Below, piece after piece: positions 10,738-20,334 of a stretch of 64,000 nt of DNA. The stretch's first letter is position 1. Every line of letters begins with the position of its first letter. This DNA comes from a bacterium (GTDB lineage: Bacteria; SZUA-182; DTGQ01; JBLIRR01). Location of the stretch: assembly GCA_049472395.1 (NCBI GenBank), contig JBLIRR010000012.1, positions 55,777 to 119,776 of the forward strand, read 5' to 3'. The position numbers and the translations under genes were made by a program. The notes under the pieces are model-generated. The model was not told the origin of the DNA. It made no database searches and saw only the letters and a program-made list of their open reading frames with translations.

Positions 10738-10968
10738 GAGTGTTCTGAATGACAGAAAGCAGTGGGCAATAAATCCCTCCTTCACCGCAATTCTATTGAT
10801 AATTAATTCAAATAATGGCATTTTCTTTGCATAATTCTGTTTTATTATAGTAAAATAATTTTTTAATGTAATAAAAGTTTAAGGATTTTGGAGTGTGTGA
10901 TTCATCTAAAATCCGAACCATTACCCATTGAATAAAGCCAATCCAATGCAAAGAGGAGAGTAAATTAG

Positions 10969-11763
10969 GTGCATATGAGACGAATTATTGACAATTCTTT
11001 TAAAGCAATTTTTATAAAAGAAGAGGCACGAAGGGAACACTCAGTCGCACTTTCTATCATAATCCCGGTTCACGATGAGGCTGAGACTATCAAGGGATTG
11101 AGAGATGAGATTAATGATATCATGGAGGAACAGTCACTATCATGGGAATGTATTTGGGTGGATGATGGTTCGTCGGACCAGAGTTTATCAGTTATTCAAG
11201 AGCTGTGTGATGAAGATACTCACCATCGGTATCTTGCTTTTGAGCATAATGCGGGCTTGTCTGCTGCCCTTTGGGCGGGGTTTAGAGCGAGCATGGGCAC
11301 GCTGTTAGTGATATTCGACAGTGATTCTCAAAGTGATCCATCACACATCCTTCATGTGGTAAGAATTCTCAATGATCAGAGTGTTGATATGGTGAGCGGC
11401 TATTATTGCACACCGAAAGATACTATGGTAAAAAAATTAGCATCTAAAATCAGCCCTCAATTAAGCAATTGGATTGCAGGCAGAGCCATACGCGCTGGAG
11501 GATGTTCTATTCGCGTCTTTAAAAAAGAATGTATACGATCCCTCCCTTTATTCGCCGGTATGCATAAATTTTTATCATATTTGGTTGCAATGCAGGGGTA
11601 TCGTGTGATGGAAGTGCCGGTTGCGCATCGTATTTGTTCACAATGGAAGACAAAATTCAGATACAGAGCGAATAGGAGAGGATGGTTTGGCATCATTGAC
11701 GTATTGGGCATTTTTTGGCTTAAAAAACGATCTTTCCATTACAAAATCATCCGAAAGTCATAA
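10969..11763 (+). CDS. Family 2 glycosyltransferase (polyprenol-phosphate sugar transferase-like)
   Basis: GT2 signature (LSIIIPVHDEAETI, WVDDGSSDQS, DSD); GTG start at 10969, alternative ATG at 10975. Confidence 0.8.
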   Translation: MHMRRIIDNSFKAIFIKEEARREHSVALSIIIPVHDEAETIKGLRDEINDIMEEQSLSWECIWVDDGSSDQSLSVIQELCDEDTHHRYLAFEHNAGLSAALWAGFRASMGTLLVIFDSDSQSDPSHILHVVRILNDQSVDMVSGYYCTPKDTMVKKLASKISPQLSNWIAGRAIRAGGCSIRVFKKECIRSLPLFAGMHKFLSYLVAMQGYRVMEVPVAHRICSQWKTKFRYRANRRGWFGIIDVLGIFWLKKRSFHYKIIRKS

Positions 11764-11969
11764 TCTAGCAATTATTATGGCCAATTGCCTTGTTGGCAAG
11801 AGATACCTGCTGTTCGTTTCCCTAAACGCTCGGCTTTTTAAGAATTTTTATGCATGCTCCGCAAAAATTGCAAAACTCGCTTCGCTCAAACAATTGCAAT
11901 TTTTATCGCTCCGCCTCGCTAAGAAAAATTTGTAATATTAGTGAGCGCGTTATTCTATGTGATCCTTCT

Positions 11970-14054
11970 TTACCTTGTCCTTACTTTATATCCAACTTCG
12001 ATAATGCCACCAGCGCAGTCCCCTGGAATCTCAGCCTTGGAAAATCCTTTCTCCACTTCTTGAATATTTGCTTTACCGAGAAGATTACGTTCATCCTTAA
12101 AGATATTAAATTTCATGCCGGGGAAAATTCCTTTTTCCGTTCCCGTATCTGTATGGAACGTTTTTCCATTTTTTGCGATGATAGTCCCTGTACATAAAGG
12201 AAAAGAGTCCCGAAATTTCATTGAAAGACCGGAAATAATTAATGAAAGGTCATCGATGGTCTCAGAGGGGCTAAATACATCGTGATAGAGACGAATAAGA
12301 CCAGTATCAACTTCGATGAACCTTGCGAGTATCTCAATTCCATCCTCTCTTGTCGTGACGTATCCATATATTATTCCTTCTGCAGTTGTTATTTTGCCTA
12401 TCTGGTGCGCTTCAAGGCCCTGGATACTTTTCTCCATTATTATTTTGGGTAGTTTTTCCCGTTCGACCAAGGTAAAACGCCCCTGTTCTGAAAAAGATTC
12501 AATGGTCTTATTATAGATATAAGGAATAGTGGATTCATCATTCCTCATGCCATCACTCTCAAAAGGGAGTATAGCCAGTATCATCTTTTCTTCACTTTTA
12601 AAGATTTTTTCTCGCGGAACTTTCTGTATATAATGATGCGCTTCATCTTGATTTCCTAATCTATCTTCTACCAAAAGATTGAGCACTGTCATTTTTTCTT
12701 TAAGATGTATCATCTTATTAATATAATAAATATTATACCTTAACAAAATTGTGCGAACAAGTTCTATATATTTTTGAGGATTCTTGATTTCAGGAGTACG
12801 TGTTCGAAGTTTATCCATATTATTTTCCACAATCGTTTCTATTTCCGATATATGAAATAGTGTCCTATCATTGAGCTTTATCTGTTGTATTCCATTATTA
12901 GTCCGAATAATGCCCTCTAAAAAGATGTCGTGGTAATAGGTGGCAAAATCTTCTTTTGGTGGGTAGGTGATCTCAATGGAGATATCTCTTTTTGAGGGTA
13001 TCATCGCCAAAGTTGATGGCTCTCCATCATGAGAGGGCATATTCTGAGCAATTTTAACCCATTTTCCCGGTGGCGGCGTAAGAGGTATTTCCCCTTGAGT
13101 GATATTGCCGGCGTTATCTTTTGTCCAAAATGTAGCCGTCTTTAAGCCCTTAGTAAGAGGAATTGAGTGTTCAATAAGACACACCTGGTCAAGACCTATC
13201 GTGGGTACTTCTTTCTGATTCAGTGTAAAGGATTGAATACCGGACAGGTCATACACTATTGCGGTAAGAAGCACTTGATCTATTTTACCGCTTTTGTCAG
13301 GGTAGATTATATCTGCGATTACTATGGGTCCTTGTTGATCAAGGAAAATACGAATAGCCTTTTCTGCTTCTTTGCCGACTAGATCTTTGGTGGTGATGCT
13401 CACAGTATTCCAGCCCGCCTCAAGATCGACTGATACATGAAAGGGGAAGATAGGTTCGGCTAATTCAATAAACAGGGGATCGTGGTTTACTGAAACAGCA
13501 GCTATATAGTGATCATCATGTGCCATTCCGGTAACGCTGAAAGTAGTTTTATTCGTTCGGTATAGTTCTTTTTGCATTTCCAAATCGATCCCGGGAGGTT
13601 GTATATCCAATCCCGATGCAATGAGAGATGCCTTGCGAGTTTGATTAAGATAATATTTGGCCCTTGCCGAGCCACTGTGGCTCATAGATAATTCCAGTTC
13701 TTCTAATGCGTCCTCGATTAGTCCAAGATGGAAATAGCATATACCCAGTTCGCGATGAGGGAAATATCCTTCGCGGAAATGCATTCCATATGCCCTGGCA
13801 TATGGTTGATCTTGGTAACGAAGTTCAATAGCATCCTTGAATTCTGAAATCGCATATTCCCAACATCCTCCCCGCATACAGCTTATGCCCCGTCTATAGC
13901 ATGCATCCCAGGTTACCACATGAATCTTGTCTTGAGTAATACAATATTTCTTACCATCTTTGATACAGATTCTCGCCTTTTGCATAGAACATGCATAGAT
14001 AAGAATGATCATCCCTAGAAGCACAACATTTTTTATTTTGTCGTGTTTATACAT
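11970..14054 (-). CDS. TPR-containing lipoprotein with TolB-N-like and C-terminal beta module; partner of the cyclase-CHAT protein
   Basis: Lipobox-type signal peptide (IYACS); TPR-like helices near the N-terminus; LAILPFESDG segment and a C-terminal module resembling the C-terminus of the upstream gene product; 9-bp gap to the upstream gene. Confidence 0.7.
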   Translation of the reverse strand: MYKHDKIKNVVLLGMIILIYACSMQKARICIKDGKKYCITQDKIHVVTWDACYRRGISCMRGGCWEYAISEFKDAIELRYQDQPYARAYGMHFREGYFPHRELGICYFHLGLIEDALEELELSMSHSGSARAKYYLNQTRKASLIASGLDIQPPGIDLEMQKELYRTNKTTFSVTGMAHDDHYIAAVSVNHDPLFIELAEPIFPFHVSVDLEAGWNTVSITTKDLVGKEAEKAIRIFLDQQGPIVIADIIYPDKSGKIDQVLLTAIVYDLSGIQSFTLNQKEVPTIGLDQVCLIEHSIPLTKGLKTATFWTKDNAGNITQGEIPLTPPPGKWVKIAQNMPSHDGEPSTLAMIPSKRDISIEITYPPKEDFATYYHDIFLEGIIRTNNGIQQIKLNDRTLFHISEIETIVENNMDKLRTRTPEIKNPQKYIELVRTILLRYNIYYINKMIHLKEKMTVLNLLVEDRLGNQDEAHHYIQKVPREKIFKSEEKMILAILPFESDGMRNDESTIPYIYNKTIESFSEQGRFTLVEREKLPKIIMEKSIQGLEAHQIGKITTAEGIIYGYVTTREDGIEILARFIEVDTGLIRLYHDVFSPSETIDDLSLIISGLSMKFRDSFPLCTGTIIAKNGKTFHTDTGTEKGIFPGMKFNIFKDERNLLGKANIQEVEKGFSKAEIPGDCAGGIIEVGYKVRTR

Positions 14055-14063
14055 GAGGATTCC

Positions 14064-16877
14064 CTAGAGCTTTTTTTCAGTCCCTTTTATAGGATCTCCA
14101 GATTCAAATGGTACGTTTTGCTCAAGGATTTCTGCTACAGCCGTGCTTTCGTTTACCTTTTTTATGAGGATATACCCTTTTGTGGTTCTTTCTTCTGGTG
14201 TATCTAATTCCGGTGTATTTAAGACCGTGAAGACCTGATCCTGCCTCACTCCCATATTATGTCCAAGATTAATCTTGATCTCATCTCCTTCCAAAGACAT
14301 TATTCTACCTTTGAGAGGGTAATGGGTTGCGAGATTCTCGATGGTTTTACGGACCAATTCGGAGGCAATAGTTTCTAAGCTCTCTGTCTCAGGAAAGAAT
14401 GGTTGAGAGAATGCAGTGAGTATTTCAGTACTGTGTGTTTCTACAAGGCGAAGGCTTATTTCCGATTGTAATCCTTCACGTGTTTTATATGAGACGGGCT
14501 CAGGGAAAAGAATGATGCGGGCAGAGAGCAGTGTATAGGCATCCTGTAATGATTTTGATGAAAGTGTGGGAATCCCAATCTGAAGCTCCTGCAATATTCC
14601 TGCTATCCTTTTTCGCTCAAGTACGGACAAGCCAATTGAGGTGGTCTGAGTAAATACCTCAATCATCCTATTGAAAAGCTTTTCATAATGACCCTTCAAG
14701 GATACAACAGCAGGATCATCCAGTTCCTGCCAGTTCGGTGCAATGATACAAATGGAGATAGGCTGTGATGTCCATGTATCTGACTGGCTCTTGGTTGCGA
14801 AAAAACCTTTATTGTTAAATTGTTGGGTAAGCTGATCTTGATAGGAAGAAAGAATTTGAATAGTCTGTGTTATTTTTTGAAAATCAGGGTCTATTCCGGC
14901 TTCTTGAATGTAAGAGGGGAAAATGTTCGGAAGATTTCCATGAGGATCTTTATATGATTTTTTAAGACCCATATAGGCGTTTGTAATAAGAAGCATAATG
15001 ATAAGAGAGAGGCTTGCTCCCGTGAGCACTTGTTTCCATGACCAGGTTTTTTTATTGCTCTCTTTTATGTTTAAATCTCTATGAGCTGTCTCTGACCTCA
15101 CCATGCAATATTTTTTCTCATCCGGCTCTGGCTCCTTGATTTGTTCCATATAATTCGATGTGGGATCTCCGTACAGGACATAGCTTGCCCAGATAATCGC
15201 CTCTTCTTCATATTGATTAATTAATGAGAGCCTAGCTTTTCTTAAAGCTTCTCCTATGCTCATGCCAGAGAGAATGTTTTCATAGAATTCTAATGCAAAA
15301 TAACTTCCTTGGTTATCAGGAATTTCCCAGAATGTCCCAATGTAATGTTTTACTCCTGCTAAAAGAAACGCATTGGCCAATCCGAAGATTTCCTCCTGAA
15401 ATTGTTCTTTTAAGGTCCATTCATTAGTGCGTGCTGATTGACATGCATTCGAGAAAATAAGGGCGGGCATCTTTGAGGTGGCTATTGTGCTGATATCCCG
15501 TGCTGTGATGTTTTTACCTCCGGTTTTCCATCCACTCTCCTCGGGGCTTGTGTGATTAAACTCGGCATGACCTGCAAAATGGACAATATCAAATTGTTCA
15601 AATTTTTTTTTCAGATATTCACAGGTCAGGTTTTTTGAGCGTAAGGTAATATTTATGAAATTCTTTTCTCTCAGCATGAAGTCACGAATCCGAGAGCCTT
15701 CTGCATATGCATTCTTCAGATCCCCTTCCAGGTCTGCTATGATCAGCATATTTAATGGCTTTGACAATACCCGTGATTTACTTCCATTCACTGTCTGTTT
15801 GGTTTTTACTAATCTCCCCATATTGAAACGTTGACAAAGGAATTGATGGCCATCAAAAATAAGCTCCCAAGGGATCTGGACGAGTTGGTCATCGATATGT
15901 AAGGTTAAGTAATGCGCCCTTGTTTCGTCAAGCTTTTTCTTAAGGGAAGGGGAAAACAGTTTTTCATAAAAGGCCTGCCCAGTCTCTCTTAGTTTTAGGA
16001 GAAGCTCACGCTTGAAAATACCCAGGCGAAGCGCTTTATTAAAGGTATCGACCATCTCATTGCATTCTTTATTAATCCACTCCATGGAGATTGGGATCTG
16101 TTCATAATGACGAATAGTGCTTTCTTCTCCGGCCATGTGCTCATTAGAGCTAATTTTTAAATGATCCCTCTCACAAAGCACTTCGAGCCGAAAGACCATT
16201 ATGGATTTTTTCATTCTCTCTTCATCGGGTTCTTCACTAGCGCGCAGTTTCGGCTTTCCCCAGATGACCTGGAAAAGCTTTAAAGATTGAGCCCTACCTC
16301 TTGGAAGAGAGTATTTATCATACATACAGGTAATGTCCTCAGAGGATTTGACTTTTTCATAGACCTTCTTTGAGATAATTATCTGATAAGCCTTAGCGTG
16401 AGATTGGATACGTGATGCTTGACTTACCGCATTACCATAAATATCTGACTCCTTCATATAAACCTCATCCCAACTTATGCCGATCCTCACATGTATTTTA
16501 GAAATTTCTCCTATGATGGTGTTATAGGCATATAATCTTTTCTGAATTGCTATTGAGGCTTTTACTGCCGAGAGAGGATCTGGGAAATAGGCCATAAGCT
16601 CATCTCCCAGGGTTTTATATATCGTCCCCTTATTGCCTGCAATGATAGGCATGACGATCTGCCTGAGTTTTTGCACAAGACTTTTCCCGCACACATCACT
16701 GCGGGTATCAATAAAGTTTGGATAGTCATAAATGTTGGCAAAAAGAATAGCGAGTTTCTTCTTGTATTGTCCATTTAAAATTTCATCAATAAATTCTTTC
16801 CCCACTAATATTTCTTCAATCATGCCAGGGAATTTTCCAAAGAATACTTCATGATCTCTTGGCTTTAATTCCTCCAT
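14064..16877 (-). CDS. Membrane-anchored class III nucleotidyl cyclase domain / CHAT protease domain fusion protein
   Basis: N-terminal cyclase homology motifs (LAILFANIYD, YKTLGDELMAYF, RIGISWDEV, YGNAVSQASRIQS); CHAT motifs (QIPWELI, HFAGHA, FSNACQSA, AGVKHYIGTFWEIPD); one TM helix; ~300-aa C-terminal extracytoplasmic region. Confidence 0.8.
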   Translation of the reverse strand: MEELKPRDHEVFFGKFPGMIEEILVGKEFIDEILNGQYKKKLAILFANIYDYPNFIDTRSDVCGKSLVQKLRQIVMPIIAGNKGTIYKTLGDELMAYFPDPLSAVKASIAIQKRLYAYNTIIGEISKIHVRIGISWDEVYMKESDIYGNAVSQASRIQSHAKAYQIIISKKVYEKVKSSEDITCMYDKYSLPRGRAQSLKLFQVIWGKPKLRASEEPDEERMKKSIMVFRLEVLCERDHLKISSNEHMAGEESTIRHYEQIPISMEWINKECNEMVDTFNKALRLGIFKRELLLKLRETGQAFYEKLFSPSLKKKLDETRAHYLTLHIDDQLVQIPWELIFDGHQFLCQRFNMGRLVKTKQTVNGSKSRVLSKPLNMLIIADLEGDLKNAYAEGSRIRDFMLREKNFINITLRSKNLTCEYLKKKFEQFDIVHFAGHAEFNHTSPEESGWKTGGKNITARDISTIATSKMPALIFSNACQSARTNEWTLKEQFQEEIFGLANAFLLAGVKHYIGTFWEIPDNQGSYFALEFYENILSGMSIGEALRKARLSLINQYEEEAIIWASYVLYGDPTSNYMEQIKEPEPDEKKYCMVRSETAHRDLNIKESNKKTWSWKQVLTGASLSLIIMLLITNAYMGLKKSYKDPHGNLPNIFPSYIQEAGIDPDFQKITQTIQILSSYQDQLTQQFNNKGFFATKSQSDTWTSQPISICIIAPNWQELDDPAVVSLKGHYEKLFNRMIEVFTQTTSIGLSVLERKRIAGILQELQIGIPTLSSKSLQDAYTLLSARIILFPEPVSYKTREGLQSEISLRLVETHSTEILTAFSQPFFPETESLETIASELVRKTIENLATHYPLKGRIMSLEGDEIKINLGHNMGVRQDQVFTVLNTPELDTPEERTTKGYILIKKVNESTAVAEILEQNVPFESGDPIKGTEKKL

Positions 16878-16910
16878 TGTATGTCTCCTCGGTCTAACAT
16901 AAATAAAGCC

Positions 16911-17264
16911 TTAACACGTAAGATGAAGCGCGGCAACAGCCTTTTTGATTTTGTAAATAGTATTATAGTGTTCGACGGCGGCTGCTGTTTTAGCTATATA
17001 CACCCCGATTCCCTGGGCTTCAATTTCTCGCTGAACGTTAGGGGAAACTCTCATAAGTCCTGGTGTGCCTTTTCCAATAACCAAGATTTCCGGCTTATAC
17101 TCAATTATTTCTTGTATATCATCCATACAAAGATTGTGTCCTTCCTTGCGCCACCATGATGAATTAATCCTCTCCGGATAGATTATCACATCAGAGGTAT
17201 ACACCTTCCCGTTAATTTTTACGTGCCCAAAGCTATAAGAATCAATCATAAAGATATTACTCAC
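16911..17264 (-). CDS. Mth938-like domain protein
   Basis: Small protein with the Mth938-family pattern (HVKINGKVYTSDVIIYP...PEILVIGKGT...GIGVYIAKTAAAVEHYN). Confidence 0.65.
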   Translation of the reverse strand: MSNIFMIDSYSFGHVKINGKVYTSDVIIYPERINSSWWRKEGHNLCMDDIQEIIEYKPEILVIGKGTPGLMRVSPNVQREIEAQGIGVYIAKTAAAVEHYNTIYKIKKAVAALHLTC

Positions 17265-17551
17265 CCATTATAATATAGTATGACATTAAGAATACATTAT
17301 ATTATAAATATTGTCAATGATACTATATGCTTTTTCCATAAATTTTTATATCAATATCAACTTTTGCATTTATCTATAATCGAGATATTATGATGATATT
17401 ATTGAGCTTTGGTTTAAGCTCAAAACTAACAAGAAGTTAAAAATAAATTATATGTAAACATTGTAAATATGACTCTATAGATTTAGTATTTTCAAGTTGT
17501 TGTATAAAAAGTGCAGAAGTTGAGTAGCACTCTGAAAAACAGAATTACGAT

Positions 17552-17580
17552 TTGACAAAGAAAAGTTTTTCGTATACACT
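17552..17580 (+). promoter_or_regulatory. Candidate sigma-70 promoter for tRNA-Leu
   Basis: TTGACA (17552-17557), 17-nt spacer, TACACT (17575-17580), ending about 18 nt before the tRNA 5' end. Confidence 0.4.
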
Positions 17581-17597
17581 AATGTCCAATTTTGGTT

Positions 17598-17685
17598 GCC
17601 GGGGTGGCGGAACAGGCAGACGCAAGGGACTTAAAATCCCTCGGTATCTTATACCGTGGGGGTTCGATTCCCCCCTCCGGCACCA
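17598..17685 (+). tRNA. tRNA-Leu (anticodon UAA), CCA encoded
   Basis: Hand-folded cloverleaf: 7-bp acceptor stem with one G-U, anticodon loop CTTAAAA, long variable arm typical of Leu, T-loop TTCGATT, 3' ACCA; 88 nt. Confidence 0.85.
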
Positions 17686-17708
17686 TTAAATGCAATGATT
17701 TTTTTGGA

Positions 17709-17744
17709 GGATTGGTCTTAAGTGACCAATCCTTTTTTGTTTTC
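17709..17744 (+). terminator. Rho-independent terminator after tRNA-Leu
   Basis: Hairpin GGATTGGTC/GACCAATCC with 6-nt loop followed by TTTTTTGTTTT. Confidence 0.7.
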
Positions 17745-18007
17745 TGCAACTTATCTCTAAAAAAACCTCTTCTGTGATTATTTTCATCATCTAAAGAGAC
17801 AATCCATTTTTTTATTTAAATACGTGGTCTATTCCTACCAGATCGCCGAATAATAATAAAGAAGCTTTTTTTATATAAACGATTATTACTAATTAAAATA
17901 CTCCTTTATTGTAATATATTATTAAGAATGTTAAAATTGTAATAAAGACGCCTCATAATCATATTGATTCATAAGGTGTATTTAAGGTAAAAATAAAGGA
18001 GAGAATC

Positions 18008-18103
18008 ATGGCTGACGGAAAAAAACCCATAGACGGTATATGGGCATTAATCATATTCGGGTCTTTATTGGGAATGGTTTTTTTGCTGGGCTTTTTTGTG
18101 TAA
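18008..18103 (+). CDS. Small 31-aa single-TM peptide (not in the ORF track, below its length cutoff)
   Basis: ATG preceded by AAAGGAGAG at 7-nt spacing; translation MADGKKPIDGIWALIIFGSLLGMVFLLGFFV; sits between the tRNA-Leu terminator and the convergent U32 gene. Confidence 0.4.
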   Translation: MADGKKPIDGIWALIIFGSLLGMVFLLGFFV

Positions 18104-18113
18104 CCTAAGAATT

Positions 18114-20096
18114 TTATCGCAGTCCCACATCCCAATTCCATATACCAGGTCGATTTTTTAGTTTTACATTCGAGGGTATAGGTTCAACTAAATGTATAAA
18201 TAACCTATAGCCAGCCTTGAGCAACTCTTCTTCTTTCGATATAAGATCAAGCTTCCAGTTTGGAAAGATCCAATAATTCTGCCCATATCGGGATACCCAT
18301 GCTTTTTCAGCCTTTGGGCTCGTGAAAGGGTGATTTATTTTTATCTGGTGATTAAGGACACGAGAGATGCATAATGGCCAACTGCCAGAGAGGACAATTC
18401 CAAGGGGAAGAGGACTCTGCTTTGCTAAAAGAAGAAAATCTTTCTTTCCTGGTTCCGGGCTCACAATAATGCCTGTAAAACCCATTGATGCTGCAATCGA
18501 AATCGCCAGAGCATTTGCGATATTACAGAATGGGCCGGCCCAAAGTTCCATATTTTTGGATCTTGAAAAGTATGATAACTGCCAGGGATTATTGAGAATA
18601 AATTTTCGTGCGCCTTTGCTTCGCAATTTCTTTATCATGGATTTTATCGAGTCATTTTCGTCAGGCCATATCACGGGTGGAAGCCACCACCAGAGCAAGG
18701 GAGCACCCTTAAGATTAATTTTGTGTAACGATTCGGCTGACAGCCATAGGCCAGTCTCGTCATTCACTCTAGAGGCTGCAATAGTCCTGTATATTCTAAG
18801 AGTACGGGGTTTGATTTTATGAGGGAAGGGCCTTGGAAATGAAATTTTACATAAGGGAATGTTTTCACGCGGAAGAGCATTTGTTGTTATTCTCGCTTCT
18901 TCTCCTTTTATGAGAGTATCAAGCTCCTTTTCTCGTCGGTCCTTAAGGAACACGGGTACATTTCTCAGAGGGCCTCTATTGAGTGAAGGCTTAATGTAAA
19001 AAAACTTACCCCTTGGAACATAAATTTTTACCTGAATAATCTGGTGCCACTTGTCATCTTCATAGCCCACGCGCAATACATCGCCAGGGATAAGTTCTTC
19101 CCTGGTTACTATAAAGGGTTTCTGCCCTGATCCCTTAATTCTGCCGACAAGTAATCCTGAGCCGGTCTGATCTTCAGTATGAATAGGATTCTGAGGTCTG
19201 TGAGATAATAGATTATAATGAGTGTACACACGACCTAATGCATACGCAAGGAGCCTTAACGCTTCTTTTTTTGTCTGAGAATCCCTGCCTTTATCACGCA
19301 GCATTTTATATGCCCGCACGGTGTGATACACATAATGCGGTCCCTTTTTGCGCCCCTCGATCTTCCAGGCGCGCACTTGGGGGATTGAAAGGAGCACTTT
19401 CACAAGAATATCCATACTGAAATCACGGCAGGAAAAATACCGACGCGGACGATGATTTTGTATATAGCGTCTTCTGCATGGCTGTACACATTGGCCTCGA
19501 AGCCCACTCTTGCCGCCTAAATAGCTGCTCCAATAACACCTTCCGGAAATACCGTAACAAAGGGCACCATGGACGAAGACTTCAATATCCAATCCTGATG
19601 GACATGCCTGGGCACATGTTTTGATTTCGTCAATACTGAGTTCTCTGGGCATGATTATCCGGTCAATGGGGACCTTTTGTTTGATGAACCTTAATGCTTC
19701 GGGAAAACCCACATCAGAGAGGGTTGAAAGATGGATTTTCCCTTTAAAGCCTATTTGTTTAATAAGTTCGAAAAGCGCAAGATCCTGGATGATTAATCCA
19801 TCAGGTTTCACCTGATTTTTTAATTGAGTAAGGAGCATACCCGCATCGCCTACTTCGTCGGGCTTTAAGAGAGTATTAAGGGCAATATATACCTTGACCT
19901 TGTTTTCATGGGCAAGGGCAACCAATGGTATAAGCTGCTCTACTGTAAAGTTTTTCGCTTCCATCCTGGCAGAAAAAGATTTGAGCCCGCAGTAAATTGC
20001 ATCAGCTCCTGCGGCCAATGCAGCAAAGAATGAAGCCTTATTGCCGGCAGGTGCCATAATAGATGGCGGAGGTGTGCTTTCAGCTTTCTCTGTCAT
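18114..20096 (-). CDS. Peptidase U32 family protein (long form)
   Basis: U32 signature (AGADAIYCG, EVFVHGALCYGISGRCYWSSY, WKIEGRKKGP) plus a C-terminal extension. Confidence 0.8.
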   Translation of the reverse strand: MTEKAESTPPPSIMAPAGNKASFFAALAAGADAIYCGLKSFSARMEAKNFTVEQLIPLVALAHENKVKVYIALNTLLKPDEVGDAGMLLTQLKNQVKPDGLIIQDLALFELIKQIGFKGKIHLSTLSDVGFPEALRFIKQKVPIDRIIMPRELSIDEIKTCAQACPSGLDIEVFVHGALCYGISGRCYWSSYLGGKSGLRGQCVQPCRRRYIQNHRPRRYFSCRDFSMDILVKVLLSIPQVRAWKIEGRKKGPHYVYHTVRAYKMLRDKGRDSQTKKEALRLLAYALGRVYTHYNLLSHRPQNPIHTEDQTGSGLLVGRIKGSGQKPFIVTREELIPGDVLRVGYEDDKWHQIIQVKIYVPRGKFFYIKPSLNRGPLRNVPVFLKDRREKELDTLIKGEEARITTNALPRENIPLCKISFPRPFPHKIKPRTLRIYRTIAASRVNDETGLWLSAESLHKINLKGAPLLWWWLPPVIWPDENDSIKSMIKKLRSKGARKFILNNPWQLSYFSRSKNMELWAGPFCNIANALAISIAASMGFTGIIVSPEPGKKDFLLLAKQSPLPLGIVLSGSWPLCISRVLNHQIKINHPFTSPKAEKAWVSRYGQNYWIFPNWKLDLISKEEELLKAGYRLFIHLVEPIPSNVKLKNRPGIWNWDVGLR

Positions 20097-20334
20097 AAAA
20101 AGTGCCCTGATTCTTTAAGATTACGAAGAAAATAGTAAAATATCAACCATATAAGAGATGCCTGAACCGTTGATTATACTTATTTTAAAGATAGCATTTT
20201 ATTACGTGAATGTAAAATAGAGAGAGAAAGCTGAGGGATGATCGAATAGATTGACATAATGAGAATAAATATGGTAATGTACCATTATTTTGGGAAATTA
20301 TTTAATTCTGTCATGATATCTGCGGTTTACTATA

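Noticed and set aside
16881-17159. 92-aa plus-strand ORF overlapping the Mth938-like gene
   Set aside because: Antisense to an ORF with a recognisable domain pattern, and no RBS.
17592-17777. 61-aa ORF overlapping tRNA-Leu
   Set aside because: It coincides with a well-folded tRNA and its terminator, so it is a translation artefact.
17265-18113. Possible integrated element at the tRNA-Leu locus
   Set aside because: tRNA genes are common integration sites, but there is no integrase, no duplicated tRNA 3' end and no phage or transposon gene nearby.
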